Positions 49,157-56,904 of a stretch of 64,000 bases of DNA are shown in pieces. Location: the NCBI GenBank assembly GCA_021324265.1, contig JAJPJK010000004.1:64811-128810 (forward strand), written 5' to 3'. The stretch is from Thermoproteota archaeon. GTDB lineage: Archaea > Thermoproteota > Thermoprotei > Gearchaeales > Gearchaeaceae. Numbering within the stretch: position 1 is the first letter of the stretch; every line of letters starts with the position of its first letter. The position numbers and the translations under genes are program-made. The notes under the pieces were generated by a model, which was not told where the DNA came from, made no database searches, and saw only the letters and a list, made by a program, of their open reading frames with translations.

Positions 49157-50607
49157 TTCAATTTATCTAAGAAATCTTTTACTCTCTTTTTGAATTCCTC
49201 TTTTTGTGTATACCAGTTATAAAGGTTTCCGGCCATTCTAAACGGATCTCCGAAAAAGAAATATTCATAAAGATCCTGTCTACTTCCAAATGAACTCCCC
49301 ACGAAGTCCCAAGCAAGCTTGAATAGTTTTATTCTTTCTTCAGCATTTGCAAGCTTTGCTTGATAGTATTTATCGACATAACTCCTCGCTTCAGAGTTCA
49401 ACACTTTTGCTGGAGGTATTGCCATTAATCCACTAGCGCCCAACTGCTTAATTGTAATATTGAGCTTATGCGCAATCCTTGGCCAAAGATTCCTTGCTGC
49501 ATGGAGAAAAGAACTGTCTGGAACCATTATGCCCCACTTATTCATCTTAGCATTAGCTTCACTCGCTACAAGGAAGGCTCTCATGCTTTCAGTGAGCATG
49601 ATGAGTTCAGCAATCTTTTCTTGCACATTTGGAAACTGATCGATCCCAATTGTCTCCGATAGCAATGTTGTTAATCCGACAGCGAACTCACATTTAGCAA
49701 GCTCTCTTACCAATGATTGATGAGCCATGAAGTAAACAGCATTTGTTACTTCACTATATGCATTGCATTTCTCAGGATCCTCCAATATGAAGATTCTTTC
49801 CCATGGAACTAAGACATCATCAAATACTACAACGGCATCTTGTTCATCGAACCTAGATGCTAGAGGATGATCAATATTTGATTCATGGGCAAAGCTTTCT
49901 CTACATATGAACTTCAAACCTGGGGTATCGACAGAAAGAGCGAAAGCCATCGCATATGGCGCATCATCTTGCCCGGATTTCAAAACTGTAGATGGAAAAA
50001 CAAGGATTTCATCAGCCAAAGGTAATGTAGCAAGCATCCTTGCTCCTCTTACAACTATGCCTTCAGAATTTTTCTCAACTATCCTAGCTGCTATGAAAGG
50101 ATCAGAAAGTTTAGAAGGGCTAGTTACGGATCTATTCACTTGAGGGTTTATCAACGTATGTGTTAAGCATAGATCATTTTCCCTTACATATTCATAATAG
50201 CGCCTTATGTTTTCAGCGAAATCTATCTTTCCTTTTCCGAAGAACTCAGCTGCGCTGGCCATGGCCATTAGAGCACTATTAAGATAATCTGGAGTCCTAC
50301 CAAGCAATCCAAAGCTATAATCTGCCCAGATTTTCATCATCATAGTCCTTTTCGCCAAATCTTCTTTTGTTTTTGGCTGGAGGAAACTCATTCCTACTCT
50401 CTCTCCTGAAAGTGGAGATACGTAGGTCATCACATCCATTAGCTCAGGCTTGTGTTGCAAGTCATATAGCTCAGCTAAACTTTGGGCAATACCTCGAAAG
50501 ACAGGATGCTTGGTTATGTTGTATGTTATTTTCTCATCGCCATACCAGATTTCCCTCTTTTTGCTATCCATTTCCTCCAAAAACCTTGTTCCTGTCCTCG
50601 CGCCCAT
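49153..50607 (-). CDS. hpaB: 4-Hydroxyphenylacetate 3-monooxygenase oxygenase component (HpaB family).
   Basis: Motifs parallel E. coli HpaB: HPVFRGIAQSLAELYDLQHKPE (HPAFRNAAASVAQLYDALHKPE), YSFGLLGRTPDY (LSYGWMGRTPDY), HTLINPQVNR (HAIVNPPIDR). 4-nt overlap with the dioxygenase gene. Confidence 0.75.
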   Translation of the reverse strand: MGARTGTRFLEEMDSKKREIWYGDEKITYNITKHPVFRGIAQSLAELYDLQHKPELMDVMTYVSPLSGERVGMSFLQPKTKEDLAKRTMMMKIWADYSFGLLGRTPDYLNSALMAMASAAEFFGKGKIDFAENIRRYYEYVRENDLCLTHTLINPQVNRSVTSPSKLSDPFIAARIVEKNSEGIVVRGARMLATLPLADEILVFPSTVLKSGQDDAPYAMAFALSVDTPGLKFICRESFAHESNIDHPLASRFDEQDAVVVFDDVLVPWERIFILEDPEKCNAYSEVTNAVYFMAHQSLVRELAKCEFAVGLTTLLSETIGIDQFPNVQEKIAELIMLTESMRAFLVASEANAKMNKWGIMVPDSSFLHAARNLWPRIAHKLNITIKQLGASGLMAIPPAKVLNSEARSYVDKYYQAKLANAEERIKLFKLAWDFVGSSFGSRQDLYEYFFFGDPFRMAGNLYNWYTQKEEFKKRVKDFLDKLK

Positions 50608-52095
50608 CTAAATCACCCCAAAAGTTGGGATTTTATGTCTTCCAAGCGCAACTTGAACTGTTTTAGTCTCCATGTAGAAATCAAAGCTATATTTTCCTCC
50701 TTCTCTTCCTATACCGCTATACTTTGCACCCCCAAAAGGAGTTCTTAAATCCCTAACATTGTGAGAATTGATCCATATCATGCCAGCCTCTATAGCTTGG
50801 GCCAAGCGATTAGCTCTTTCTACATCTTTAGTCCAAATATAGGCTGTTAGCCCATAGACAACATCATTGGCCAAAGAAATGGCCTCTTCTTCATTTTTAA
50901 ACTTCATCGCAAGTAATACAGGCCCAAAAATCTCTTCTTTGAAGATTTTCATTTCACTATTGCCATCAGCGAAAAGTGTAGGCGAAAGATAGTTACCTTC
51001 ATCAAAACCTTTGGGTCTATCACCTCCATATAGTAGCTTAGCTCCTTCTTTTATACCTATGTCGATGTAGTTCTTTACTCTTTGCCAATGCTCAGGCCTA
51101 ACCAAAGGCCCTAGTTCGGTTCTTTCATCAAAAGGATCTCCAATCCTTATTTTTTCGACTCTTTCTGCTAGCATCGACAAGAATTCATCGTAGACCGACT
51201 CTTCAATGAGAACCCTAGAGTTTGCAGTACATCTTTCTCCGTTTAAGGAATAAGCCATAAATATTACAGCATCGAGCGCTCTTTTCAAATCTGCATCGGC
51301 AAAAATAATCGCAGGATTCTTCCCTCCGAGCTCCATAGAAAAACGCTTCAATGTTGAAGCGCCATTTCGCATGATCTCCATACCGGTAACGGTTTCACCT
51401 GTAAAGGAGATCAATCTCACATATGGATGAGCTACAAGCGCTGCGCCGCTTAACTCACCAATACCATGAACAATGTTAAAGACCCCTGCCGGTATTCCTG
51501 CCTCTTGCATGATTTCTGCTAGCTTGTTTGCACTCATAGGTGTCCATTCTGCAGGCTTGAGTACGCATGTATCTCCTGCTGCCAAGCAAGGCGCAATCTT
51601 CCAAGTTTCCAGCATTAAAGGTGTATTCCATGGAGTTATTAAACCAGCTACACCTATGGGAGAACGGATAACATAGTTTATGAACTTATCATCGTCAACA
51701 TAAACTTCTTCGCTTAGTTTTGTGAGCATATCTGCGAAGAAATCGAAATTTTCCGCTGCCCTCTCTACTTGGCTCCTAGTCTGTGATATCGGTATTCCTA
51801 CATTAAGGGTCTCAATCCTAGCAAGTTCTTCCTTATATTTTCTGATAAGCCTAGCTACTTCATGCAACATTTCTGATCTTTTGGACATTGACATATTACG
51901 CCAACTTTCAAAGGCTTTTCTGGCCGCCTTCACAGCCATATCTACATCTTTTTCAGACCCAGCAGGAATAGTACCTAGTATTTTGTTGTTGGAAGGATTC
52001 AAAAATTCAAACCTTTCCTTAGAATTGGAATCAACGAACTCTCCATTTATAAAATTCCTTAGATACTCACTCACAGTATAATTAAACGCATTCAT
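50608..52095 (-). CDS. NAD(P)-dependent aldehyde dehydrogenase (ring-cleavage semialdehyde dehydrogenase, HpaE-like).
   Basis: ALDH motifs ELGGKNP, catalytic Cys region GERCTANSR, FTGET.TG. 495 aa. Immediately abuts hpaB. Confidence 0.8.
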   Translation of the reverse strand: MNAFNYTVSEYLRNFINGEFVDSNSKERFEFLNPSNNKILGTIPAGSEKDVDMAVKAARKAFESWRNMSMSKRSEMLHEVARLIRKYKEELARIETLNVGIPISQTRSQVERAAENFDFFADMLTKLSEEVYVDDDKFINYVIRSPIGVAGLITPWNTPLMLETWKIAPCLAAGDTCVLKPAEWTPMSANKLAEIMQEAGIPAGVFNIVHGIGELSGAALVAHPYVRLISFTGETVTGMEIMRNGASTLKRFSMELGGKNPAIIFADADLKRALDAVIFMAYSLNGERCTANSRVLIEESVYDEFLSMLAERVEKIRIGDPFDERTELGPLVRPEHWQRVKNYIDIGIKEGAKLLYGGDRPKGFDEGNYLSPTLFADGNSEMKIFKEEIFGPVLLAMKFKNEEEAISLANDVVYGLTAYIWTKDVERANRLAQAIEAGMIWINSHNVRDLRTPFGGAKYSGIGREGGKYSFDFYMETKTVQVALGRHKIPTFGVI

Positions 52096-52144
52096 TTATA
52101 TAATAATACATCATAGCTTTATCCTACAAAAACAATATTATTTT

Positions 52145-53284
52145 ATGAGTGTAAGAGAGAGGATTGCTCTCCTGCTCTCAATTAAGGAGGAAGGTAAGCT
52201 TGTAGATTTTGATCATATTTTCGAGAAAATAGCGAGAGATGTGAAATTTGTCGAAAAGAGAGATATTAACATAGATGAGATCAAATCAAACTTAGAAACT
52301 TTGAAGAAGGAAGAACTGATAGAAGAGATAGATGGTAAATATAAGCCAAAAGAGAAAATACATGCGTATGTCAGAAAACTTATCGAAGAAAAGGAAGAAG
52401 TACTGAATAGATCTTACATACTTGTATGGAAAGCTAAACATTATTATCCAGTTGCTGGTGAACTCATGCTTCCTTATTTAAAAGAAAGACCAGTAAGTGT
52501 GGTAAAGGTTTTTTCAGGAAAAAATGATCCTATCAAAGAAATTGATCCAATATTCGTTAGGTATGCGAGATATAAGCCTAAACCCCAGCACATAATCATC
52601 AACGATATGAGAAAGCTTATGGAATACGTGCACGATCATTGCATCGACTTCATTCCTTATGTCCATAGACTAAACTCAAACATGCCAGATTTCTTTATAC
52701 TTGATTTGGATGCAGGAAAAAGGATTTTAAATGAGAAAAGAGGATTTGAATTCCTAAAATTCATTGCCAAATCGTTATATGACTTCCTCATTGAACATGA
52801 AATGCTGCCCATGATGAAATTCAGCGGTTCAAGAGGATTTCAAATTTGGGCTAGCTTTGATAACTCAAAATTCGCTAATAAGAGTGATCTGTTTGCAGTT
52901 TATAGGATGCTTGCCATAAAAATACAAGAAAGCTTTGAAAGGCATTTACAAGAAAACAGAACAGAAATAATAAAAGAATTTCCAGAATTCAAAGAACTTA
53001 AGGCTTTCACGACTTCCCAGGTAGCGCATAAAGAAGAGAGGGAAGATAAAATACTTCTAGATTGGTCATCGATGAAGCCTCAAGGAGATGTTAGAGCTCC
53101 GTTCTCCATGCATCATAAAACAGGTCTTGTATCCATACCGGTCGACAGGAAAGAGATTGATAGCTTTAACCAATTGGATGCAGAGCCGATGAAGGTCATT
53201 GATAACATTAATTCAGGAAAGAAATTCCCAGTTCTAACACAGTCAGATCCGAGCTATTTACAAGAAAAACTTAAAAATTCCTAA
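52145..53284 (+). CDS. Archaeo-eukaryotic-primase-superfamily primase-polymerase resembling the polymerase domain of NHEJ ligase LigD, with an extra ~90-aa N-terminal domain.
   Basis: PolDom-like motifs: KAKHYYPVAGELMLPYLKERPVSVVKV (substrate-binding region), FFILDLDAG (catalytic DxD), KFSGSRGFQIW (SGxRG motif), LDWS...RAPFSMHHKTGLVSIPV (motif III). Confidence 0.6.
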   Translation: MSVRERIALLLSIKEEGKLVDFDHIFEKIARDVKFVEKRDINIDEIKSNLETLKKEELIEEIDGKYKPKEKIHAYVRKLIEEKEEVLNRSYILVWKAKHYYPVAGELMLPYLKERPVSVVKVFSGKNDPIKEIDPIFVRYARYKPKPQHIIINDMRKLMEYVHDHCIDFIPYVHRLNSNMPDFFILDLDAGKRILNEKRGFEFLKFIAKSLYDFLIEHEMLPMMKFSGSRGFQIWASFDNSKFANKSDLFAVYRMLAIKIQESFERHLQENRTEIIKEFPEFKELKAFTTSQVAHKEEREDKILLDWSSMKPQGDVRAPFSMHHKTGLVSIPVDRKEIDSFNQLDAEPMKVIDNINSGKKFPVLTQSDPSYLQEKLKNS

Positions 53285-54122
53285 CCTCTTCAGGTCTAAA
53301 TCTATAGACAAAATAGAATACTACTCCTAAGACAGCCCAAACAATTAGGTAGTAGAAGATATATTGCAGAACATCTTTTAAACTCATCAGATATTCAATG
53401 ACATTAAACTGTATGGCTGATATTAAGCTCGAATCAAAGCTTTGCATGTAAGAGTTGCCTAAATTGAATACATTATATGCATTTGAAAAATAGACGAATA
53501 TAATAACTACTAATATCCATGCTGAATAAAGCAAGGATACAAGTAAAAACAAGGCAATCGAATAAGTTTTATCATACTTTCTATAAAGAACGGCCTCAAA
53601 AATCCAAGGAAGATTATTTAAAGCCCCGTTTATAAGGACTAAGCTGAGAACAATTATAAGCATGACATGTGCAGGCAAGGTCTGGAATAAAATCGATAAA
53701 CTTCTCAATGAATTGATTGCACTTTCACCTCCATAAGTAGCGGATATAAAAATTAAAAATTCAATGAAAAATAATACAGTCATTACAACTGTAAATGCAA
53801 ATATTACGGTTTTAATAATAATATAGCTATTGAAGAATTTAAAAAATCTAGGTCTTTCATTACCATACTTTTTAAAAAGGAAATCCTCAGTTCTATCGAC
53901 TAAGAACAATGATTTAGGTTTAATATAAAATCCTATTACTGATATTATAGCTCCAAGCCAGAAGAGAAAATTAAAGGCAACTTTATATAAAAATTCAACA
54001 AAAACATCTTCGCCACTAATAAACTTATCAAAATAAAAATATAAAATATCGAAAATGCCACTTATTAAAATTAAAATTATCCCCGCAGTGATCAAGATGC
54101 CTGCTACCGCACCTAGTCGCAC
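53271..54122 (-). CDS. Hypothetical polytopic membrane protein.
   Basis: 283 aa with about 8 TM helices. No motif recognised. Confidence 0.4.
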   Translation of the reverse strand: MRLGAVAGILITAGIILILISGIFDILYFYFDKFISGEDVFVEFLYKVAFNFLFWLGAIISVIGFYIKPKSLFLVDRTEDFLFKKYGNERPRFFKFFNSYIIIKTVIFAFTVVMTVLFFIEFLIFISATYGGESAINSLRSLSILFQTLPAHVMLIIVLSLVLINGALNNLPWIFEAVLYRKYDKTYSIALFLLVSLLYSAWILVVIIFVYFSNAYNVFNLGNSYMQSFDSSLISAIQFNVIEYLMSLKDVLQYIFYYLIVWAVLGVVFYFVYRFRPEEVRNF

Positions 54123-54153
54123 AAATCGCTTAATAAATACAGTTTAATAAATT

Positions 54154-54861
54154 TTACTTTAAACCTAGGTATAACCTTCCCAGTTCGCTATTGGCAATTA
54201 AATCTTTAGCAGAACCACCATAAGCTACCTTGCCACTGACTAACAAATACGCTGCATCGGCGATTTCAAGAGCACGTAAAGCATTTTGTTCAACAAGAAG
54301 AATGGTAATGTTGAATTCCTTTACAAGTTTCACTATAGTACTCAAGATCTGCTCGGCGAGTAAAGGAGAAAGACCGCCTGTTGGTTCATCGAAAAGCATT
54401 AATTTAGGTCTTCTAATCAAATTCATAGCAATTGCAAGCATTTGTCTTTCTCCTCCACTCATATATAGCGCTTTATTTTTGTACTTTTTTTGAAGAACTG
54501 GAAAGAAATCAAGCATTTCTTTAATTCTTTCCTTTGCAGTTTCAGTATCAAGCGTATATGCAGCCATTCTAAGATTTTCTTCAATAGTTAGTTCGGTGAA
54601 GACATTATCCACTTGAGGTAAATATGCAATGCCCATCCTAGCTGCGATATGCGGTTTAATGTTAGTTATGTCTTTGCCTTCGAAGAATATCTTCCCAGAG
54701 TAAATGTTTGTTAGCCCGAATATGGTTTTCAGAAGAGTTGATTTCCCGCTTCCATTAGGACCAACAATAGTGGTGAGCTTATTCTTCTCTACGCTTATAC
54801 TTACGTCAAATAAGATTTGTAGCTTCCCGTAACCTGCACTTATATTCTTTATTTCAAGCAC
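54154..54861 (-). CDS. ABC transporter ATP-binding protein, LivF-like (branched-chain amino acid type).
   Basis: Walker A GPNGSGKST, signature MSGGERQML, Walker B LMLFDEP. 235 aa. Confidence 0.75.
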   Translation of the reverse strand: MLEIKNISAGYGKLQILFDVSISVEKNKLTTIVGPNGSGKSTLLKTIFGLTNIYSGKIFFEGKDITNIKPHIAARMGIAYLPQVDNVFTELTIEENLRMAAYTLDTETAKERIKEMLDFFPVLQKKYKNKALYMSGGERQMLAIAMNLIRRPKLMLFDEPTGGLSPLLAEQILSTIVKLVKEFNITILLVEQNALRALEIADAAYLLVSGKVAYGGSAKDLIANSELGRLYLGLK

Positions 54862-55624
54862 TTCTCTTCCCCAGATAACTTTCTATTACTCTTTCATCAT
54901 TTATGACTTCATAAGGCTTTCCCTCTACAATCACTTTACCGTTATGCATAGCATAAGCGTAATCTGCATACTCAAGCGCTAAATCAAGCCTATGCTCAAC
55001 AACTAATACAGTTAAATCAAGATTCTTTATAATATTCTTCAAAACACTAAACAATTCTTTTGCTAAAAAAGGTGCAACGCCAGCAGCAGGTTCATCCATG
55101 AGTATAACCCTAGCATTGCACATCAAAGCTCTTCCAAACTCAAGAAGTTTCATCTGACCACCACTAAGCTTAGAACTCTCGCTATTAACCAAGTGATCAA
55201 GCTTTAGTTGCTCTAAAATATTCATAGCTGTCTCATAGGCCTCTTTCTCCTTATCGACCCATTTGGATTTGATAGGTGCATAAATGAATCTTTCACCCGG
55301 ATTATCTCTCGCGGCGACTAAGAGATTTTCCAATACTGTCAACTTTAAAAAGGGCTTAGGTATTTGAAACGTCCTCGCGATACCTAGCTTGAATCTTTCA
55401 TGCATACCCAACTTAGTTATATCCTTTCCTTCATAGCTTATAGTGCCCTCGTCAGGGAAATAATACCCTGTTAATGTATTTATCAATGTAGTTTTTCCGC
55501 TACCATTTGGACCGATTAATAGTGTGAAGAGGCCTTTTCTCAATGTTATACTCACGTCATTCAATGCATAGAGCCCTCCGAAGTGTTTCTTGAGACCCTT
55601 GCTCACCAGCGTTTCCTCGTTCAT
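54854..55624 (-). CDS. ABC transporter ATP-binding protein, LivG-like.
   Basis: Walker A GPNGSGKTT, signature LSGGQMKLLE, Walker B ILMDEPAAG. 8-nt overlap with the LivF-like gene. Confidence 0.75.
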   Translation of the reverse strand: MNEETLVSKGLKKHFGGLYALNDVSITLRKGLFTLLIGPNGSGKTTLINTLTGYYFPDEGTISYEGKDITKLGMHERFKLGIARTFQIPKPFLKLTVLENLLVAARDNPGERFIYAPIKSKWVDKEKEAYETAMNILEQLKLDHLVNSESSKLSGGQMKLLEFGRALMCNARVILMDEPAAGVAPFLAKELFSVLKNIIKNLDLTVLVVEHRLDLALEYADYAYAMHNGKVIVEGKPYEVINDERVIESYLGKRSA

Positions 55625-55673
55625 ACTTATTTCTTCTTTATATTATCTTAAAAAACTACTCTTGAACGATTGT

Positions 55674-56291
55674 TCAAGAACAAAAGTTCGCATTATTTTT
55701 ATTCGCCAATCTCCTGAAATATAGCATAATCCTGTTATATATCTTCTCAACGTCTATTTTAAAGAGTAAAATACCTAAAATCGTGAATACAACCGAAGAT
55801 ATAACACCCAAGTAAAAGGGCTCGAAGCGTATATGTCTAGCAACTACGATGATTCCAAACACTTCTAGCGGTATCTCAACACCGCTTTTAATCAACTTGG
55901 CTATAAAAGTTATTGCCTGCATTCTAAACAAAGATGCACGCGAAGTGCCTCCTATGAGGAAAAAGAAATCATCCAATGGCAGAATAGGTAAAATTGCAGT
56001 TATAAGCAAGCCTACAAAAAAAGATCTTCGGTTGACCAACCTCGTAAAGAAAGATACATTTTTATTTCTTTTGAGCGGCAGCCTGAGTACAACTCCTATG
56101 CCGAACATTACATTCTTTGCCAAAGTTGCTCCCAAAGCAGAAACGATTATGCCCTCGAGTAAATCGTTGAAGGTAGAGCCATGTCGAAGAATTATCGTCG
56201 AAGTTATTATGGTATAAGGTGCCCCAAAAAAAGGAGTAGCATTAGTAATAAATGAGATTAAGAAAATGAAAATCCATTCCCTAAGATCCAT
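55674..56291 (-). CDS. DedA/VTT-family-like membrane protein.
   Basis: 205 aa with about 5 TM helices. The ...ILPLDDFFFLIGG... segment resembles the DedA LPxD......G motif. Weak. Confidence 0.3.
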   Translation of the reverse strand: MDLREWIFIFLISFITNATPFFGAPYTIITSTIILRHGSTFNDLLEGIIVSALGATLAKNVMFGIGVVLRLPLKRNKNVSFFTRLVNRRSFFVGLLITAILPILPLDDFFFLIGGTSRASLFRMQAITFIAKLIKSGVEIPLEVFGIIVVARHIRFEPFYLGVISSVVFTILGILLFKIDVEKIYNRIMLYFRRLANKNNANFCS

Positions 56292-56385
56292 ACATTCATC
56301 TCCACTTACACTTACGAGTATATGAACTTAAGTCTAGAAAAGCGAAATTAAAAATCCTTATATAATTAGCAACTCACTTACTCAC

Positions 56386-56886
56386 GTGTCGATACTGAGA
56401 GCAATCATTGAATATTTCACTGACGGCATAAGACCGATCAGAGCTGTTGAGGGGATTGGCCTTGCAACTACGGTTCTTATATTGTCTTATTTCATCTTTT
56501 TTTATGAACTTAATGGGTTTGTGTTATATCTTATGGCACTTCTCTCAATAGTTTCTTATTTAGCTTTCATACACATAAGAGGGTGCAGAGGATTCTATGA
56601 AATGTTTCTATATGAGCTGGAAACTTTAAAAACGGAACAGTCCAATTTTCATAGACTTATTATATTTATGATAAGGATTTTTGAATATTATCTTATAATT
56701 TTTTCAATTTTTTGTGCAGCTTTCTTTATCAGTGGTTTCTTTAATTACCTCAGTAACGATATACCTAAACTCATTATAGGTATTTCAGCAATAAGTTACG
56801 TAACGATTTCATTTATAGGGCATACAACAAGACTAAGTGCGATAAAAGAAATAAGAAAACTTAGAGAAAAAAACAATAGATATTGA
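56386..56886 (+). CDS. Hypothetical membrane protein.
   Basis: 166 aa with 4 TM helices and a C-terminal basic tail. Confidence 0.35.
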   Translation: MSILRAIIEYFTDGIRPIRAVEGIGLATTVLILSYFIFFYELNGFVLYLMALLSIVSYLAFIHIRGCRGFYEMFLYELETLKTEQSNFHRLIIFMIRIFEYYLIIFSIFCAAFFISGFFNYLSNDIPKLIIGISAISYVTISFIGHTTRLSAIKEIRKLREKNNRY

Positions 56887-56904
56887 GAGAATTCAGTTAA
56901 GTAA

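Noticed and set aside
49153-50607. Alternative call of the HpaB-family protein as 4-hydroxybutyryl-CoA dehydratase (same superfamily, relevant to archaeal CO2 fixation).
   Set aside because: Motif-level similarity is specifically to E. coli HpaB segments. The neighbours are a flavin reductase, an extradiol dioxygenase and an ALDH, which fit aromatic hydroxylation rather than the 4HB cycle.
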